Source: Bacillota bacterium (lineage in GTDB: Bacteria; Bacillota; Clostridia; Lachnospirales; Cellulosilyticaceae). From it: a stretch of DNA of 64,000 nucleotides. Location: NCBI GenBank assembly GCA_023412455.1, contig JAEYNQ010000267.1:5302-69301 (forward strand). Direction: 5' to 3'. The notes beneath the pieces were generated by a model. That model was not told the DNA's origin and did not search any database. It worked only from the letters and a program-made list of their open reading frames with translations. Position 1 is the first letter of the stretch. Every line of letters starts with the position of its first letter. The position numbers were made by a program, and so were the translations under genes. Positions 26,314-36,680 of the stretch are shown piece after piece.

Positions 26314-27009
26314 ATGGATATTAATGAAATCAGGAGTGTTAGAGAGCGTTTTCTTAAGTGTACCTATTCAGCAGATATTTATGATGTAATGGATAGGATG
26401 GGTTATGAAAATCAATGTCTTGATCTTAAGATTAAACCTCTTAATGAGAAATGGAAAGTATGTGGGCCAGCAGTAACTGTTTTAGGAACAAGAGAACCTT
26501 TAACAGAAGAAGAACTGCACCCAGAACCGGATTTCGATAAATTTTGGATGTTTAAACACTTTTATGAAGGCTGCGTTGTTGTTATTAATGCAGAAAGAGA
26601 AGAAAACAGTGGTGCTTGGGGAGAGATGATGAGCTATGGGGCCAGAAACATAGGAGCAGCTGGTGTTGTCATTGATGGAGGCACAAGAGATAAGGCGGGG
26701 ATTTTGGATATAGATAATTGGGCTTGTTTTGCAAAATATACAACACCTGTTGAATCATTAAAGAGGTGGCGACCTAAAGAAATGATGCAGCCTATTTATA
26801 TGTCCGGTACACTTACCAGTGCTGTGAGGGTAAATCCAGGAGATTGGATATTTGGTGACTGTGATGCAGTAATGGTTATTCCTCAAGAAATAGTTTATCA
26901 AGTTTTAGAAGCAGTCGAAGATGTTTCAAATAGAGAAGTGCTTTCACGTCAAGCATTTAAAGAGGGAAAGACTATTAACGAAGTCTTTGAGCTTTATAAT
27001 AGAGCATAA
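26314..27009 (+). CDS. RraA-family protein (RraA-like / HMG-CHA-type class II aldolase-decarboxylase fold)
   Basis: The signature GAWGEMMSYGARNIGAAGVVIDGGTRD is characteristic of the RraA/aldolase family. Confidence 0.72.
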   Translation: MDINEIRSVRERFLKCTYSADIYDVMDRMGYENQCLDLKIKPLNEKWKVCGPAVTVLGTREPLTEEELHPEPDFDKFWMFKHFYEGCVVVINAEREENSGAWGEMMSYGARNIGAAGVVIDGGTRDKAGILDIDNWACFAKYTTPVESLKRWRPKEMMQPIYMSGTLTSAVRVNPGDWIFGDCDAVMVIPQEIVYQVLEAVEDVSNREVLSRQAFKEGKTINEVFELYNRA

Positions 27010-27021
27010 CAAAAATCAACA

Positions 27022-27059
27022 AAAATAAACAGCAGATTTGAGTCTGCTGTTTATTTTTG
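27022..27059 (+). terminator. Rho-independent terminator (A-run 5', T-run 3'; could act in both directions)
   Basis: AAAATAAACAGCAGA pairs with TCTGCTGTTTATTTT. Confidence 0.75.
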
Positions 27060-27085
27060 TTTAGTAAGAAAAGTATGAAAGTATA

Positions 27086-28081
27086 TTATAATTTTGAATA
27101 TTCTGAGCTGACATACTTCATAGGGCGTGTATCTGTTGTTGGGAGTCCTGTTAAATAGGATAAATTGGGTAGCAACTCCTTGAAATCTTGATAGGAGAGA
27201 TTAGAAGTTACGAAATCATAAGTGGCTTGAAGCAAGGTAAGACTCTTTTTAGTGGCATTTCGTAAAATATCATGGAAGCTAAAGGTATAAACGTTACCGG
27301 TTACTGGATGAAGCCAGACCTTTTTGTTGGTATTCAGATAATTAATTAAAGGATCTACGCAATGATAGTATGAGAAATTATTGGTATAGGTGACGAGCTT
27401 CTTAGGGAGCATGAAGCTTGTAGAGGAAACTAGGGCTTTTTTTGCACCCAAGCTATCAAAGGTAAGCTTGTAGTAGAGCCGTGTATCTTCGTAGGATTTC
27501 TTGAAAATAGCTCCCCCATTACTGATGCCATAGAGTAAAAAGAGTGTCTCATCATATAAGTTAAGAAGACAGGTGGGTAAGTGAGTGAGTGTAAGAATGT
27601 GCTTATTAATATTAAATTGATGGGCTTTTTTGGAAAGACGTTGTTCAAGGAGAAGCGCGTCAATGGCTAATTCGATCTTTTTGTGTAAGCCTTCAAATAC
27701 CTTGGTTTCAGGAGAATCTTCTACATAGCGACCACCTAAATAAAAGATGTAAGGATGGGCTATAGAATCCAGTATGTAGTGGCATAAAAAACCACACATA
27801 TAGCTTAAAAGTTGGTTGAACTCCTTAGAATCCACATCGTATCGCTTAAGATGAGAAAGAGCAGAAATAATGAATTCACCTGTTTTTTCTGTATGCATTT
27901 TAGAAGCAATATGGGCATAGGCTCGTTTTTGTTTGTGAAAGGCATAGTACATAAAATCAGGGCCTTGAAGTCCTATCAAAAATAAATCCCTATGCTCTTT
28001 AATAATAGGATATAGAGGAGAAGGCTTGAGGTTTTGAGTGGCGTTTAATCCAAAGAGGTAGTGAGTAATTATATCTGGCAT
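27086..28081 (-). CDS. Hypothetical protein, possibly of the zinc-dependent phospholipase C-like family
   Basis: It has His-rich motifs (MPDIITHYLFG, HIASKMHTE, LDSIAHPYIF) that resemble proteins annotated in this family. The call is from memory only. Confidence 0.4.
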   Translation of the reverse strand: MPDIITHYLFGLNATQNLKPSPLYPIIKEHRDLFLIGLQGPDFMYYAFHKQKRAYAHIASKMHTEKTGEFIISALSHLKRYDVDSKEFNQLLSYMCGFLCHYILDSIAHPYIFYLGGRYVEDSPETKVFEGLHKKIELAIDALLLEQRLSKKAHQFNINKHILTLTHLPTCLLNLYDETLFLLYGISNGGAIFKKSYEDTRLYYKLTFDSLGAKKALVSSTSFMLPKKLVTYTNNFSYYHCVDPLINYLNTNKKVWLHPVTGNVYTFSFHDILRNATKKSLTLLQATYDFVTSNLSYQDFKELLPNLSYLTGLPTTDTRPMKYVSSEYSKL

Positions 28082-28160
28082 CGAAAAAACTCCTTTATTT
28101 TCAACTGATTACCCTCAGTATAGCACTATGTGTTTTTGAAAAATAGGGTAAGTTTTTAAT

Positions 28161-28190
28161 AAAAAAAAACTCCTTTTAACGGGAGTTTTT
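28161..28190 (-). terminator. Rho-independent terminator after the tagO-like gene
   Basis: On the minus strand, AAACTCCC pairs with GGAGTTT and is followed by TTTTTTTT. Confidence 0.6.
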
Positions 28191-28197
28191 GGCGAAA

Positions 28198-29250
28198 TTA
28201 ATTTTCATCATTTTTATCATGACTAGTCATAGCTTTCATATTAAAATAAAGTAGAAAGCCCATCATTAAAAAAACAATAAATACAAACTTTACACTTCGG
28301 TTGAAAAAGGCGATAGCAGACAAGCCAAGTATTCCGCTAATACCATATAAGGTCACAACAGCCTGCTTTTGAGAATACCCTTTATCCACTAAACGGTGAT
28401 GTAAATGTCCCCTATCTGGTGACATAATAGGTTTTCCAGCTAAGGCACGTCTAATAATGGCAAAAGCTGTATCAAAGATAGGAAGACCTAGAACAAGTAC
28501 AGCTATAAAGATGGTTGCCATAGTATACCCTTTTAATAAACCTAATATAGAAGTAACGGCTAGAGTAAACCCTAGAAAAGTAGAACCTGTATCTCCCATA
28601 AAAATAGAGGCAGGGTTAAAATTATAGGGTAAGAAACCAATACACGCTCCTGCTAAAGTAGCCGTAAGCACTACAGCTGGTACATAGCCTGTAGAAATAG
28701 ATAAAGTCATAAGGCTAAGGGCTGCAATGGAAGAGATACCAGCAGCTAGTCCATCCAGGCCGTCAATTAAGTTAACAGCATTGGTAATACCTACAATCCA
28801 AATAACAGTAGCTGGGATAGAGAAAATAGTTGTAGAAAAAAAACTATCTCCAATAAAAGGAACAGATATAAAATTAATGCGAATGCCACAAAGGGCAACA
28901 ATACTAGCAGCAGTTATTTGAAGTAGGAATTTCAATTTAGCATTTAGTTCATAAATATCATCAAAGAAGCCTAAGAAAAAGATAATGAAGGCTCCAAGGA
29001 TAATTCCTATATTTTGTTTGGTATCAATAATAGGCATATACTTCATCACGATAAAGTAAGTAATCATAAAACCTAGAAAGATAGCAATTCCCCCCATACG
29101 AGGAATAGGTTTTTTATGCATATCACGCTTACGGGGTTTAGCAATAGCACCTACTTTAAAGGCTATTTTTTTTGCTAAAGGAGTAGTGAAAAATGCAATT
29201 AGAAATGCCATTACAAAAGCAACAAGATAGAGAGCCATATAGCCACTCAT
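28198..29250 (-). CDS. tagO: Glycosyltransferase family 4 (MraY/WecA/TagO-type undecaprenyl-phosphate HexNAc-1-phosphate transferase)
   Basis: It is polytopic with the motifs NAVNLIDGLDGLA and FMGDTGS. It is 350 aa. Confidence 0.78.
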   Translation of the reverse strand: MSGYMALYLVAFVMAFLIAFFTTPLAKKIAFKVGAIAKPRKRDMHKKPIPRMGGIAIFLGFMITYFIVMKYMPIIDTKQNIGIILGAFIIFFLGFFDDIYELNAKLKFLLQITAASIVALCGIRINFISVPFIGDSFFSTTIFSIPATVIWIVGITNAVNLIDGLDGLAAGISSIAALSLMTLSISTGYVPAVVLTATLAGACIGFLPYNFNPASIFMGDTGSTFLGFTLAVTSILGLLKGYTMATIFIAVLVLGLPIFDTAFAIIRRALAGKPIMSPDRGHLHHRLVDKGYSQKQAVVTLYGISGILGLSAIAFFNRSVKFVFIVFLMMGFLLYFNMKAMTSHDKNDEN

Positions 29251-29426
29251 ATTTTCATCTCCTTAAATATGTATCCTACTACTTAATACATATATTTTAT
29301 ACTTATAGTTAATTAATATACCATAAATAGAAAAAGTAGTATTGTAAAAAATTACATAATAATAATTAATTCGCCTAGAAGGTTACTAGCTGACAAGGAA
29401 ACCTCCTAGGCTATTTGATTTAAATG

Positions 29427-30068
<642 letters not shown>

Positions 30069-30113
30069 CTAATGTATGATATTTACTTAGTTATCCCTTT
30101 ATAAAAAGTAAAA

Positions 30114-30542
30114 TTAATCTTCGATTTTACAAATTCTTCGTGCGTGGCGTTCATCGTTGGAAAAGGCTGTATTTAAAAAGGTATCTACAACCTTGATGGC
30201 ATGAGAAGGTCCAATGACACGGCCACCTAAAGCAATAATATTGGCATCATTATGGAGACGAGTTGCCTCAGCAGAGAAAACATCGTGACAAAGAGCACAA
30301 CGAATGCCTTTGATTCTATTGGCAGAAATAGATATACCAATACCTGTACCACATATTAAAATGCCTTTTTCACATTCACCATTTAAAACAGCATGAGCCA
30401 CTGTTTTGGCATAGTCTGGATAATCAACAGCATCTTCTGTATAACAACCAAAATCTTTAAAAGCTAAATTCTGAGCTTTCAAGTAATTAATGATTTCTTG
30501 TTTAAGAGCAAATCCACCGTGATCACTAGCAATAGCTATCAT
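30114..30542 (-). CDS. rpiB: Ribose-5-phosphate isomerase B
   Basis: It has MIAIASDHGG and the CGTGIGISISANR motif. The start is placed at the Met of MIAIASDHGG, 6 codons inside the track ORF. Confidence 0.9.
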   Translation of the reverse strand: MIAIASDHGGFALKQEIINYLKAQNLAFKDFGCYTEDAVDYPDYAKTVAHAVLNGECEKGILICGTGIGISISANRIKGIRCALCHDVFSAEATRLHNDANIIALGGRVIGPSHAIKVVDTFLNTAFSNDERHARRICKIED

Positions 30543-30668
30543 AATATATCCTCCAATCAATTATAGTATACCTAAATAGTGTTATAACTATAGAGTAATT
30601 ATTGAACAGAACAAAAAGGATGTGGACACATCTAGCTTATTATAAGGCTTTACTAAGCACTTGTCTAT

Positions 30669-31703
30669 TTAAACCTTAAGGATGTGATGTCCAGCTGACT
30701 TTTCTAGACGATTCATAATGGCACCACCTATGCCTTTTTTGGGAAAAGCAAAGGAGTAGACAATGTCAATTTTTTCATCATCAAAGTGGCGAAGCGTCTC
30801 AAAAAGATGAGCTGCTACTTTATCTAATTCCTCAAAAGTCCCTACACTTAAGATAAGGTCTGCTGTAAAGCAGTCTTTCGTCTCATCGGTAGCAAGAACG
30901 CCTACACGCTTATGTTCTTGCTGAGCTGTAAGTATAAGCGCTGTGATGGCACTTATTACTTGAGAGGTTTCACCCTCTACAATAATCACTTCAGCGTTAG
31001 GTGAATAATGTGCGTATTTCATGCCAGGCGCTTTTGGGAGCTGATCTTCTTTAAGAGAACCCAAAATAGCGGGATCTATAGTGACGTTAGGAACAAGAGC
31101 TTGTAACATTTCAAAGGTAACGCCACCTGGGCGAAGAATGGTGAGCACCTCAGAGGTTGTATCCACCACAGTAGACTCCACACCTACACTACAATCCCCA
31201 CCATCTATAATGGCGTCAATTTTACCATTCAAGTCTTCTATAACCCGCTTAGCATTAGTGGGACTAGGCTTGCCAGAAGTATTGGCACTAGGAGCAGCCA
31301 GAGGAAGGCGTGACACTTCAATAAGCTTTTGAATAATGGGATGAGAAGGGAAGCGAATAGCTACTGTATCTAAGCCACCTGTTACAACTTTGGAAACCTT
31401 AGGACTTGCCTTAAAGACAAGAGTAAGGGGGCCGGGCCAGAAAGCTTCCATAAGGAGCTGGGCCATAGGGGAAATCTCAGTGACTAAGTCCTCCAACATA
31501 TGGAGATTGGCAATATGTATAATCAGAGGATTGTCATTAGGACGCCCTTTAGCTTTGAAAATATTAGTAACTGCTTGTATATCAAAGGCATTAGCAGCCA
31601 AACCATAAACCGTTTCGGTAGGAACAGCTACTAAACCGCCTGCCCTCAGGATATCAGCAGCTTGAGATAAATCATCTGAGGGAGAAATGATAAGAGTATT
31701 CAT
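30669..31703 (-). CDS. tsaC: L-threonylcarbamoyladenylate synthase (Sua5/YwlC type with C-terminal Sua5 domain)
   Basis: It has the YrdC-domain motif VAVPTETVYGLAANA and is 344 aa long (long form). Confidence 0.85.
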   Translation of the reverse strand: MNTLIISPSDDLSQAADILRAGGLVAVPTETVYGLAANAFDIQAVTNIFKAKGRPNDNPLIIHIANLHMLEDLVTEISPMAQLLMEAFWPGPLTLVFKASPKVSKVVTGGLDTVAIRFPSHPIIQKLIEVSRLPLAAPSANTSGKPSPTNAKRVIEDLNGKIDAIIDGGDCSVGVESTVVDTTSEVLTILRPGGVTFEMLQALVPNVTIDPAILGSLKEDQLPKAPGMKYAHYSPNAEVIIVEGETSQVISAITALILTAQQEHKRVGVLATDETKDCFTADLILSVGTFEELDKVAAHLFETLRHFDDEKIDIVYSFAFPKKGIGGAIMNRLEKSAGHHILKV

Positions 31704-31817
31704 ACTAATCTCCTACTAGTTAGTGATGTCATTAATCTGTCATATAGTATACCACAAGTAGTGTCTAAAGATAACAAAAACCCTAAAAAAAGCAGTAAAA
31801 GAGTAATAAAACAGTAA

Positions 31818-31845
31818 TAAAAAAGGCCTAGTAATAAACTAGGCA
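31818..31845 (-). terminator. Rho-independent terminator
   Basis: On the minus strand, GCCTAGT pairs with ACTAGGC and is followed by CTTTTTT. Confidence 0.6.
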
Positions 31846-31866
31846 CCAATAGAAGACTACAAAATA

Positions 31867-32277
31867 TTAAATGCTCATATTTAAAGCCACCTCATCACGA
31901 GGTAAGACAGTAATTTGAATGTCTGTTATGCTTTCTAGTATCTTTTCATAAACGCCTAGAGAGGTATTATCTTGACTGAGCTGAGGTGTCTCACCTAAAA
32001 CAAGCTGCGTAATATGATGTTCTTTAATAAAATGTATAATGGTATCAATAACTGTTTGGCTACATAGAAAATGAACTTCTCCACCAAGTTCGGAACCGTA
32101 GGCAAATAGTTCTTGTAGTAGATTACTGCTTTCTGGGTTATCAAAAATGGTTTCACCTTTTCGAATATGTAAAATATGAAGAGGTGCATTAACAGAGCGG
32201 GCTACCCGTGCTCCTTCTGAAATGAGACGACGACTATTTTCTTGTATCGTGATACAAACCAGCACATTTTCTTCCAT
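31867..32277 (-). CDS. Universal-stress-protein-like (KdpD-type Usp domain) protein
   Basis: It is 136 aa. The sequence ENVLVCITIQENSRRLISEGARVARSVNAPLHILHI resembles a Usp/adenine-nucleotide alpha-hydrolase fold. The call is tentative. Confidence 0.4.
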   Translation of the reverse strand: MEENVLVCITIQENSRRLISEGARVARSVNAPLHILHIRKGETIFDNPESSNLLQELFAYGSELGGEVHFLCSQTVIDTIIHFIKEHHITQLVLGETPQLSQDNTSLGVYEKILESITDIQITVLPRDEVALNMSI

Positions 32278-32363
32278 TTCTTACCCTCCTTATGGGACAT
32301 TTGCATCTTTAGTATAGCATATAAGGGAGTAAGAAATAAGAAGAAACCATGAAAAAGCAAGAT

Positions 32364-34829
32364 TTATTTTTTGTTAATTTTTAGCGTATCGAGCTTCCAT
32401 ATTTCTGTTGCATATTGATGAATGGTACGGTCTGAACTAAATTTACCAGAGCAAGCCGTATTGATAATAGCCTTTTTATTCCAGCTTTCTTTATCCAAAT
32501 AGGCTTTATCAACCAGCTTTTGAGCTTCGTGATAAGGTCTTAGGTCTTTTAAGATAAAGTAAGGATCAGAGAGGTTATCACCTGCTCTGTTAAGAAGAGA
32601 TTCATAAATCTCTACAAATAAGTCTGGATTCTTAGGATCTATAGTACCGTTGATAAGGGACTTGAGAATGCGATTGATAGCATCATCATTATGATAAATA
32701 TCCCAAGGATTATAGTTGCCTGATTTGTAAAGATTAAGAACTTCTTCGCAGGTAAGCCCAAAGATAAAGATATTTTCAGGACCAACTTCTTCGTAAATTT
32801 CAATATTGGCACCATCTAAAGTACCTACTGTTAATGCACCATTTAACATAAACTTCATGTTACTTGTTCCAGAAGCTTCTTTACTGGCAGTAGAGATTTG
32901 CTCGCTGACATTGGCAGCTGGAATGATGATTTCTGCACTAGAAACATTATAGTTTTCAATAAAGACAACAGTTAAATATTTCCTTACAAGAGGATCATTA
33001 TTCACTAAATCTGCTACAGAGTTAATGAGCTTAATAATGAGTTTGGCTTTACGATAGCCAGGAGCTGCTTTAGCCCCAAAGATAAAGGTTCTTGGGACAT
33101 AGTTACCATTGGGGTTATCTTTGATTTCGTTGTAAAGCATAAGGATGTTAAGTACATTCATAAGTTGACGTTTGTATTCGTGGAGACGTTTAACCTGGAC
33201 ATCATAGATAGAGTGTGGGTTAAGGATAATGCCATTGTGGGCTTTTACATATTCAGCAAGGCGTACTTTGTTATGGAATTTAATATCATTGAACTCTTTT
33301 ATAAAGCTCTTATCTTCGGCATAAGGTGTTAATTTCTTAAGCTCTGTCAGGTCAGTATACCATTTATCCCCGATGGTGTTGGTAATTAATTCAGCTAGTT
33401 CAGGGTTAGAATGTCCTAGCCAACGACGTTGGGTAATCCCATTGGTCTTATTATTAAATTTCTCAGGGTAGATATGATAGAAGTTTTTAAGCACATCTTT
33501 TTTTAGGATTTCCGTATGGATGGCAGCCACACCATTAACTGAGAAGCTTCCTACAATAGCTAAATAAGCCATTTTGATTTGACCATCAGAGATAATACTC
33601 ATATTGTGGATGACATTTTCTGAGACATGATACTTTTCCCGAAGGCTAATGCAAAAACGTCTATTAATCTCTTCAACAATTTGATAAATACGAGGCAAAA
33701 GCTTGCTAAACAAGTCAACAGGCCAAGACTCAAGGGCTTCAATCATAATCGTATGATTGGTATAAGCACAAGTACGAGTAGTAATGTCAAAAGCTTCATC
33801 CCAATCCAGTTGTTCTTCATCCAGAAGGATACGCATAAGCTCAGCCACAGCAATAGCAGGATGGGTATCATTCATTTGGAAAACGACCTTTTCAGGTAAA
33901 AGGTACATATTGTTATGGGCCTTTTTAAACTTAGCAATAGCTTGTTGGATGGTGGCAGAAACAAAGAAATATTGTTGTTTAAGACGTAATTCTTTGCCTT
34001 GGTAGTGGTTATCATTAGGATAAAGAACTTCTACTAAAGTTTTAGCTAAGGTTTGTTGCTCTACAGCTTTTTGATAAGCCCCTTGATCAAAGAAGCGAAG
34101 AATGAATTTATCAGGTGCTTCTGCATCCCAGAGCCTAAGGGCATTTACAAAGCCATTTTTATACCCTAGGATAGGCATATCATAAGGAATGGCAAGAACA
34201 GATTCATAATCTTGTTGAACGAAGTGTGTTTTACCTCTTTCATCTACGAAGGAAGAAACGGTTCCGCCAAATTTAATTTCGCGAGCATTATCTGTACGTT
34301 TAACTTCCCATGGGTTACCATGTTTAAGCCAATCATCAGGAAGCTCTACTTGGTAACCCTCTTCAATTTTTTGCTTAAAGATACCATAATTGTAGCGAAT
34401 ACCACAGCCGTAAGCTGGATAATTAAGGGTAGAAAGAGAATCCATAAAACAAGCAGCAAGACGACCAAGGCCACCATTACCAAGGCCTGCATCTGGTTCT
34501 TCCTCTTCAATAGCGTTTAAATTGATTTTGATATTAAGCTCATTAAGAGCTTCTTGAACATCTTCTAGGATGCCCATATTAACGAGATTATTCCCTAATG
34601 CACGGCCTACCAAAAACTCCATGGATAAATAGTAAAGGGTTTTTGGCGCTTTTTGATTATAAGCTCTCTGCGTCGCAATCCAATCATCTGTAATAATATC
34701 TCTTACAGCAAAAGCTACAGCTTGGTAGAGCTCTTGAGGTGTACAATCCTCTAAAGTTTTACGAGAAAAATTACGTACATGATCAAGAATTTCTTCTTTA
34801 AATTTACTTTTATTAAATTGATAAGACAT
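32364..34829 (-). CDS. glgP: Glycogen/alpha-glucan phosphorylase
   Basis: It has the PLP-lysine motif EASGTSNMKFMLNG and is 821 aa. Confidence 0.93.
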   Translation of the reverse strand: MSYQFNKSKFKEEILDHVRNFSRKTLEDCTPQELYQAVAFAVRDIITDDWIATQRAYNQKAPKTLYYLSMEFLVGRALGNNLVNMGILEDVQEALNELNIKINLNAIEEEEPDAGLGNGGLGRLAACFMDSLSTLNYPAYGCGIRYNYGIFKQKIEEGYQVELPDDWLKHGNPWEVKRTDNAREIKFGGTVSSFVDERGKTHFVQQDYESVLAIPYDMPILGYKNGFVNALRLWDAEAPDKFILRFFDQGAYQKAVEQQTLAKTLVEVLYPNDNHYQGKELRLKQQYFFVSATIQQAIAKFKKAHNNMYLLPEKVVFQMNDTHPAIAVAELMRILLDEEQLDWDEAFDITTRTCAYTNHTIMIEALESWPVDLFSKLLPRIYQIVEEINRRFCISLREKYHVSENVIHNMSIISDGQIKMAYLAIVGSFSVNGVAAIHTEILKKDVLKNFYHIYPEKFNNKTNGITQRRWLGHSNPELAELITNTIGDKWYTDLTELKKLTPYAEDKSFIKEFNDIKFHNKVRLAEYVKAHNGIILNPHSIYDVQVKRLHEYKRQLMNVLNILMLYNEIKDNPNGNYVPRTFIFGAKAAPGYRKAKLIIKLINSVADLVNNDPLVRKYLTVVFIENYNVSSAEIIIPAANVSEQISTASKEASGTSNMKFMLNGALTVGTLDGANIEIYEEVGPENIFIFGLTCEEVLNLYKSGNYNPWDIYHNDDAINRILKSLINGTIDPKNPDLFVEIYESLLNRAGDNLSDPYFILKDLRPYHEAQKLVDKAYLDKESWNKKAIINTACSGKFSSDRTIHQYATEIWKLDTLKINKK

Positions 34830-35187
34830 ATGATCCCTCCATGATAAATGATTTATAAAAAAGCTGAAGGCTTATAGAGCCTATTGATAGCTTATAAAAT
34901 GAAAACAGTTAAAAATATTATACAATAAAAAACAGGTATTTAAAAACTTAAAAAGGAGCAAATTTTTGTTGAAATGGGCCCATGCTTTTAGAATATCTAT
35001 TAATAAAATTAAGAAATGCATACTTTATTGTAAGATAGTTACAAAAGGAAGGGTAGAAAGGATTGGATAATTAGCAAAAAAGTGGCATTTTACATGGGTC
35101 TTAAAACAAAAAAAGAATATAACTCCTTAAACTTTCTTTAAAAGAATAGAAAGTCTAAGGGATACATCCTTTTTTAAAATGCTAGGA

Positions 35188-36480
35188 TTAGGCTAAATTA
35201 TAAAAAGCTAATAAGGCATGATAAGTGTGGATAACATCTTCAGTGGCCATAAGTTCACGGCATGAGTGCATGGCCAACATAGGGGTACCTATATCTACAG
35301 AGCGAATGCCGAGATGAGAAGCGGCCACAGGACCAATTGTAGAGCCTCCTTTTTCGTCAGAACGGTTCAAGAAAAGTTGATAAGGGATTCCATGCTCCTT
35401 GCAAAGGGCAATAAAGACACTAGCTGAATCGCTATCTGTTGTATAGCTAAAATTGGCATTCACTTTAATAGCAGGACCTTTACCTGGTAATACACGATGG
35501 GTTGGATCACATTTTTCAGGACTATTAGGGTGAGTTAAATGAGCCACATCAGCAGAAATCATAAAAGAGTTACTAATGGCTCTAAAAAGGTCTTCACGTT
35601 CTTTATGAAGGGAAATCAAGATGCGTTCAAGACAGCCAATAAGAAAAGGTGAATCAGCCCCTTGCTTGGTACGACTTCCGATTTCTTCATTGTCAAAGCA
35701 AGCTAAAACAGAAATGCCTGCAGAGGACTGGCTATGAAGTAAAGCTTTAAGGCCACTATAAACCATGGATAAATCATCTAGGCGCGCACTGGAGATAAAT
35801 TCTCCCTTTAAACCCACTTGTAGGCCCTTCTCAAAAGGATATAAAAAGAGCTCCATATCGAGAATGTCTTCCTTGGGCACTTCAAGCTTATGGGCTACCA
35901 GCTCAAGGATAAGATCTGTTTCTATATTTTCTTCGACATAGGTAAGAAGAGGCAGCGTATCCTTTTGCTTGTTGAGAGCTACTCCTGCATTGACTTCTCG
36001 ATTCATATGAATAGCTAAATTGGGAATGATAAGAAGAGGCTTATTTAAATCTACCAATTGAGTCACAGGATAGAGAGGATGGTCACCTTTAAGAGAAACT
36101 CGTCCTGCTAGAGAAAGGGGTCTATCTAACCAAGTATTTAAAATAGGGCCACCATAGCTCTCTGTATTGAGACGTATATAACCTTCTGTATTGATTTGGG
36201 CATTAGGCTTGATACGAAAACCAGGGGTATCGCCATGGGCACCAATAATTCTAAAGCCTTCTTTTTCAACATCTGTTGAATGAACGCAAAAGGCAATGAG
36301 AGAAGAAGAATTACACGTTGTATAATACTTTCCTCCTTTTTCAATGGTCCAAGGTAAAGAAGGATCTAGATAGGTGAAGTTATTTTTAAGCAATTCTTCT
36401 TCTAATGTCTTAACGGTATGAAACATGGAAGGGCTTTTATGGATAAAGGTAATCAGTTCATGTGCAATTTTTGTTGTCAT
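35188..36480 (-). CDS. M18-family aminopeptidase
   Basis: It has IGAHGDTPGFRIKP and a C-terminal DIGTPMLAMHS motif. It is 430 aa. Confidence 0.8.
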   Translation of the reverse strand: MTTKIAHELITFIHKSPSMFHTVKTLEEELLKNNFTYLDPSLPWTIEKGGKYYTTCNSSSLIAFCVHSTDVEKEGFRIIGAHGDTPGFRIKPNAQINTEGYIRLNTESYGGPILNTWLDRPLSLAGRVSLKGDHPLYPVTQLVDLNKPLLIIPNLAIHMNREVNAGVALNKQKDTLPLLTYVEENIETDLILELVAHKLEVPKEDILDMELFLYPFEKGLQVGLKGEFISSARLDDLSMVYSGLKALLHSQSSAGISVLACFDNEEIGSRTKQGADSPFLIGCLERILISLHKEREDLFRAISNSFMISADVAHLTHPNSPEKCDPTHRVLPGKGPAIKVNANFSYTTDSDSASVFIALCKEHGIPYQLFLNRSDEKGGSTIGPVAASHLGIRSVDIGTPMLAMHSCRELMATEDVIHTYHALLAFYNLA

Positions 36481-36595
36481 ACTAACCTCCTAAAATGTAA
36501 GCTGAACTTCTTTTTATTATACACTTAAATCAAGGACTTTAATATGTTTAGGATGTAATAATTCTAGAGAAAATAGATTTATTTGTGAAAAAATA

Positions 36596-36624
36596 TTGAC
36601 AATTTTAGAACATCCTTTTATTAT
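36596..36624 (+). promoter_or_regulatory. Sigma-A-type promoter candidate for the metal ATPase
   Basis: TTGACA (36596-36601), a 17-nt spacer, then TATTAT (36619-36624). Confidence 0.5.
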
Positions 36625-36636
36625 AAATAATATAAT

Positions 36637-36656
36637 ATATGAACAGATATTCATAT
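36637..36656. promoter_or_regulatory. Inverted repeat, candidate ArsR/SmtB-type (CadC/CzrA-like) operator
   Basis: ATATGAA-CAGATA-TTCATAT lies immediately downstream of the -10 and upstream of the RBS. Confidence 0.35.
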
Positions 36657-36680
36657 GTAATAATGACGAGGAGGTTGGGT

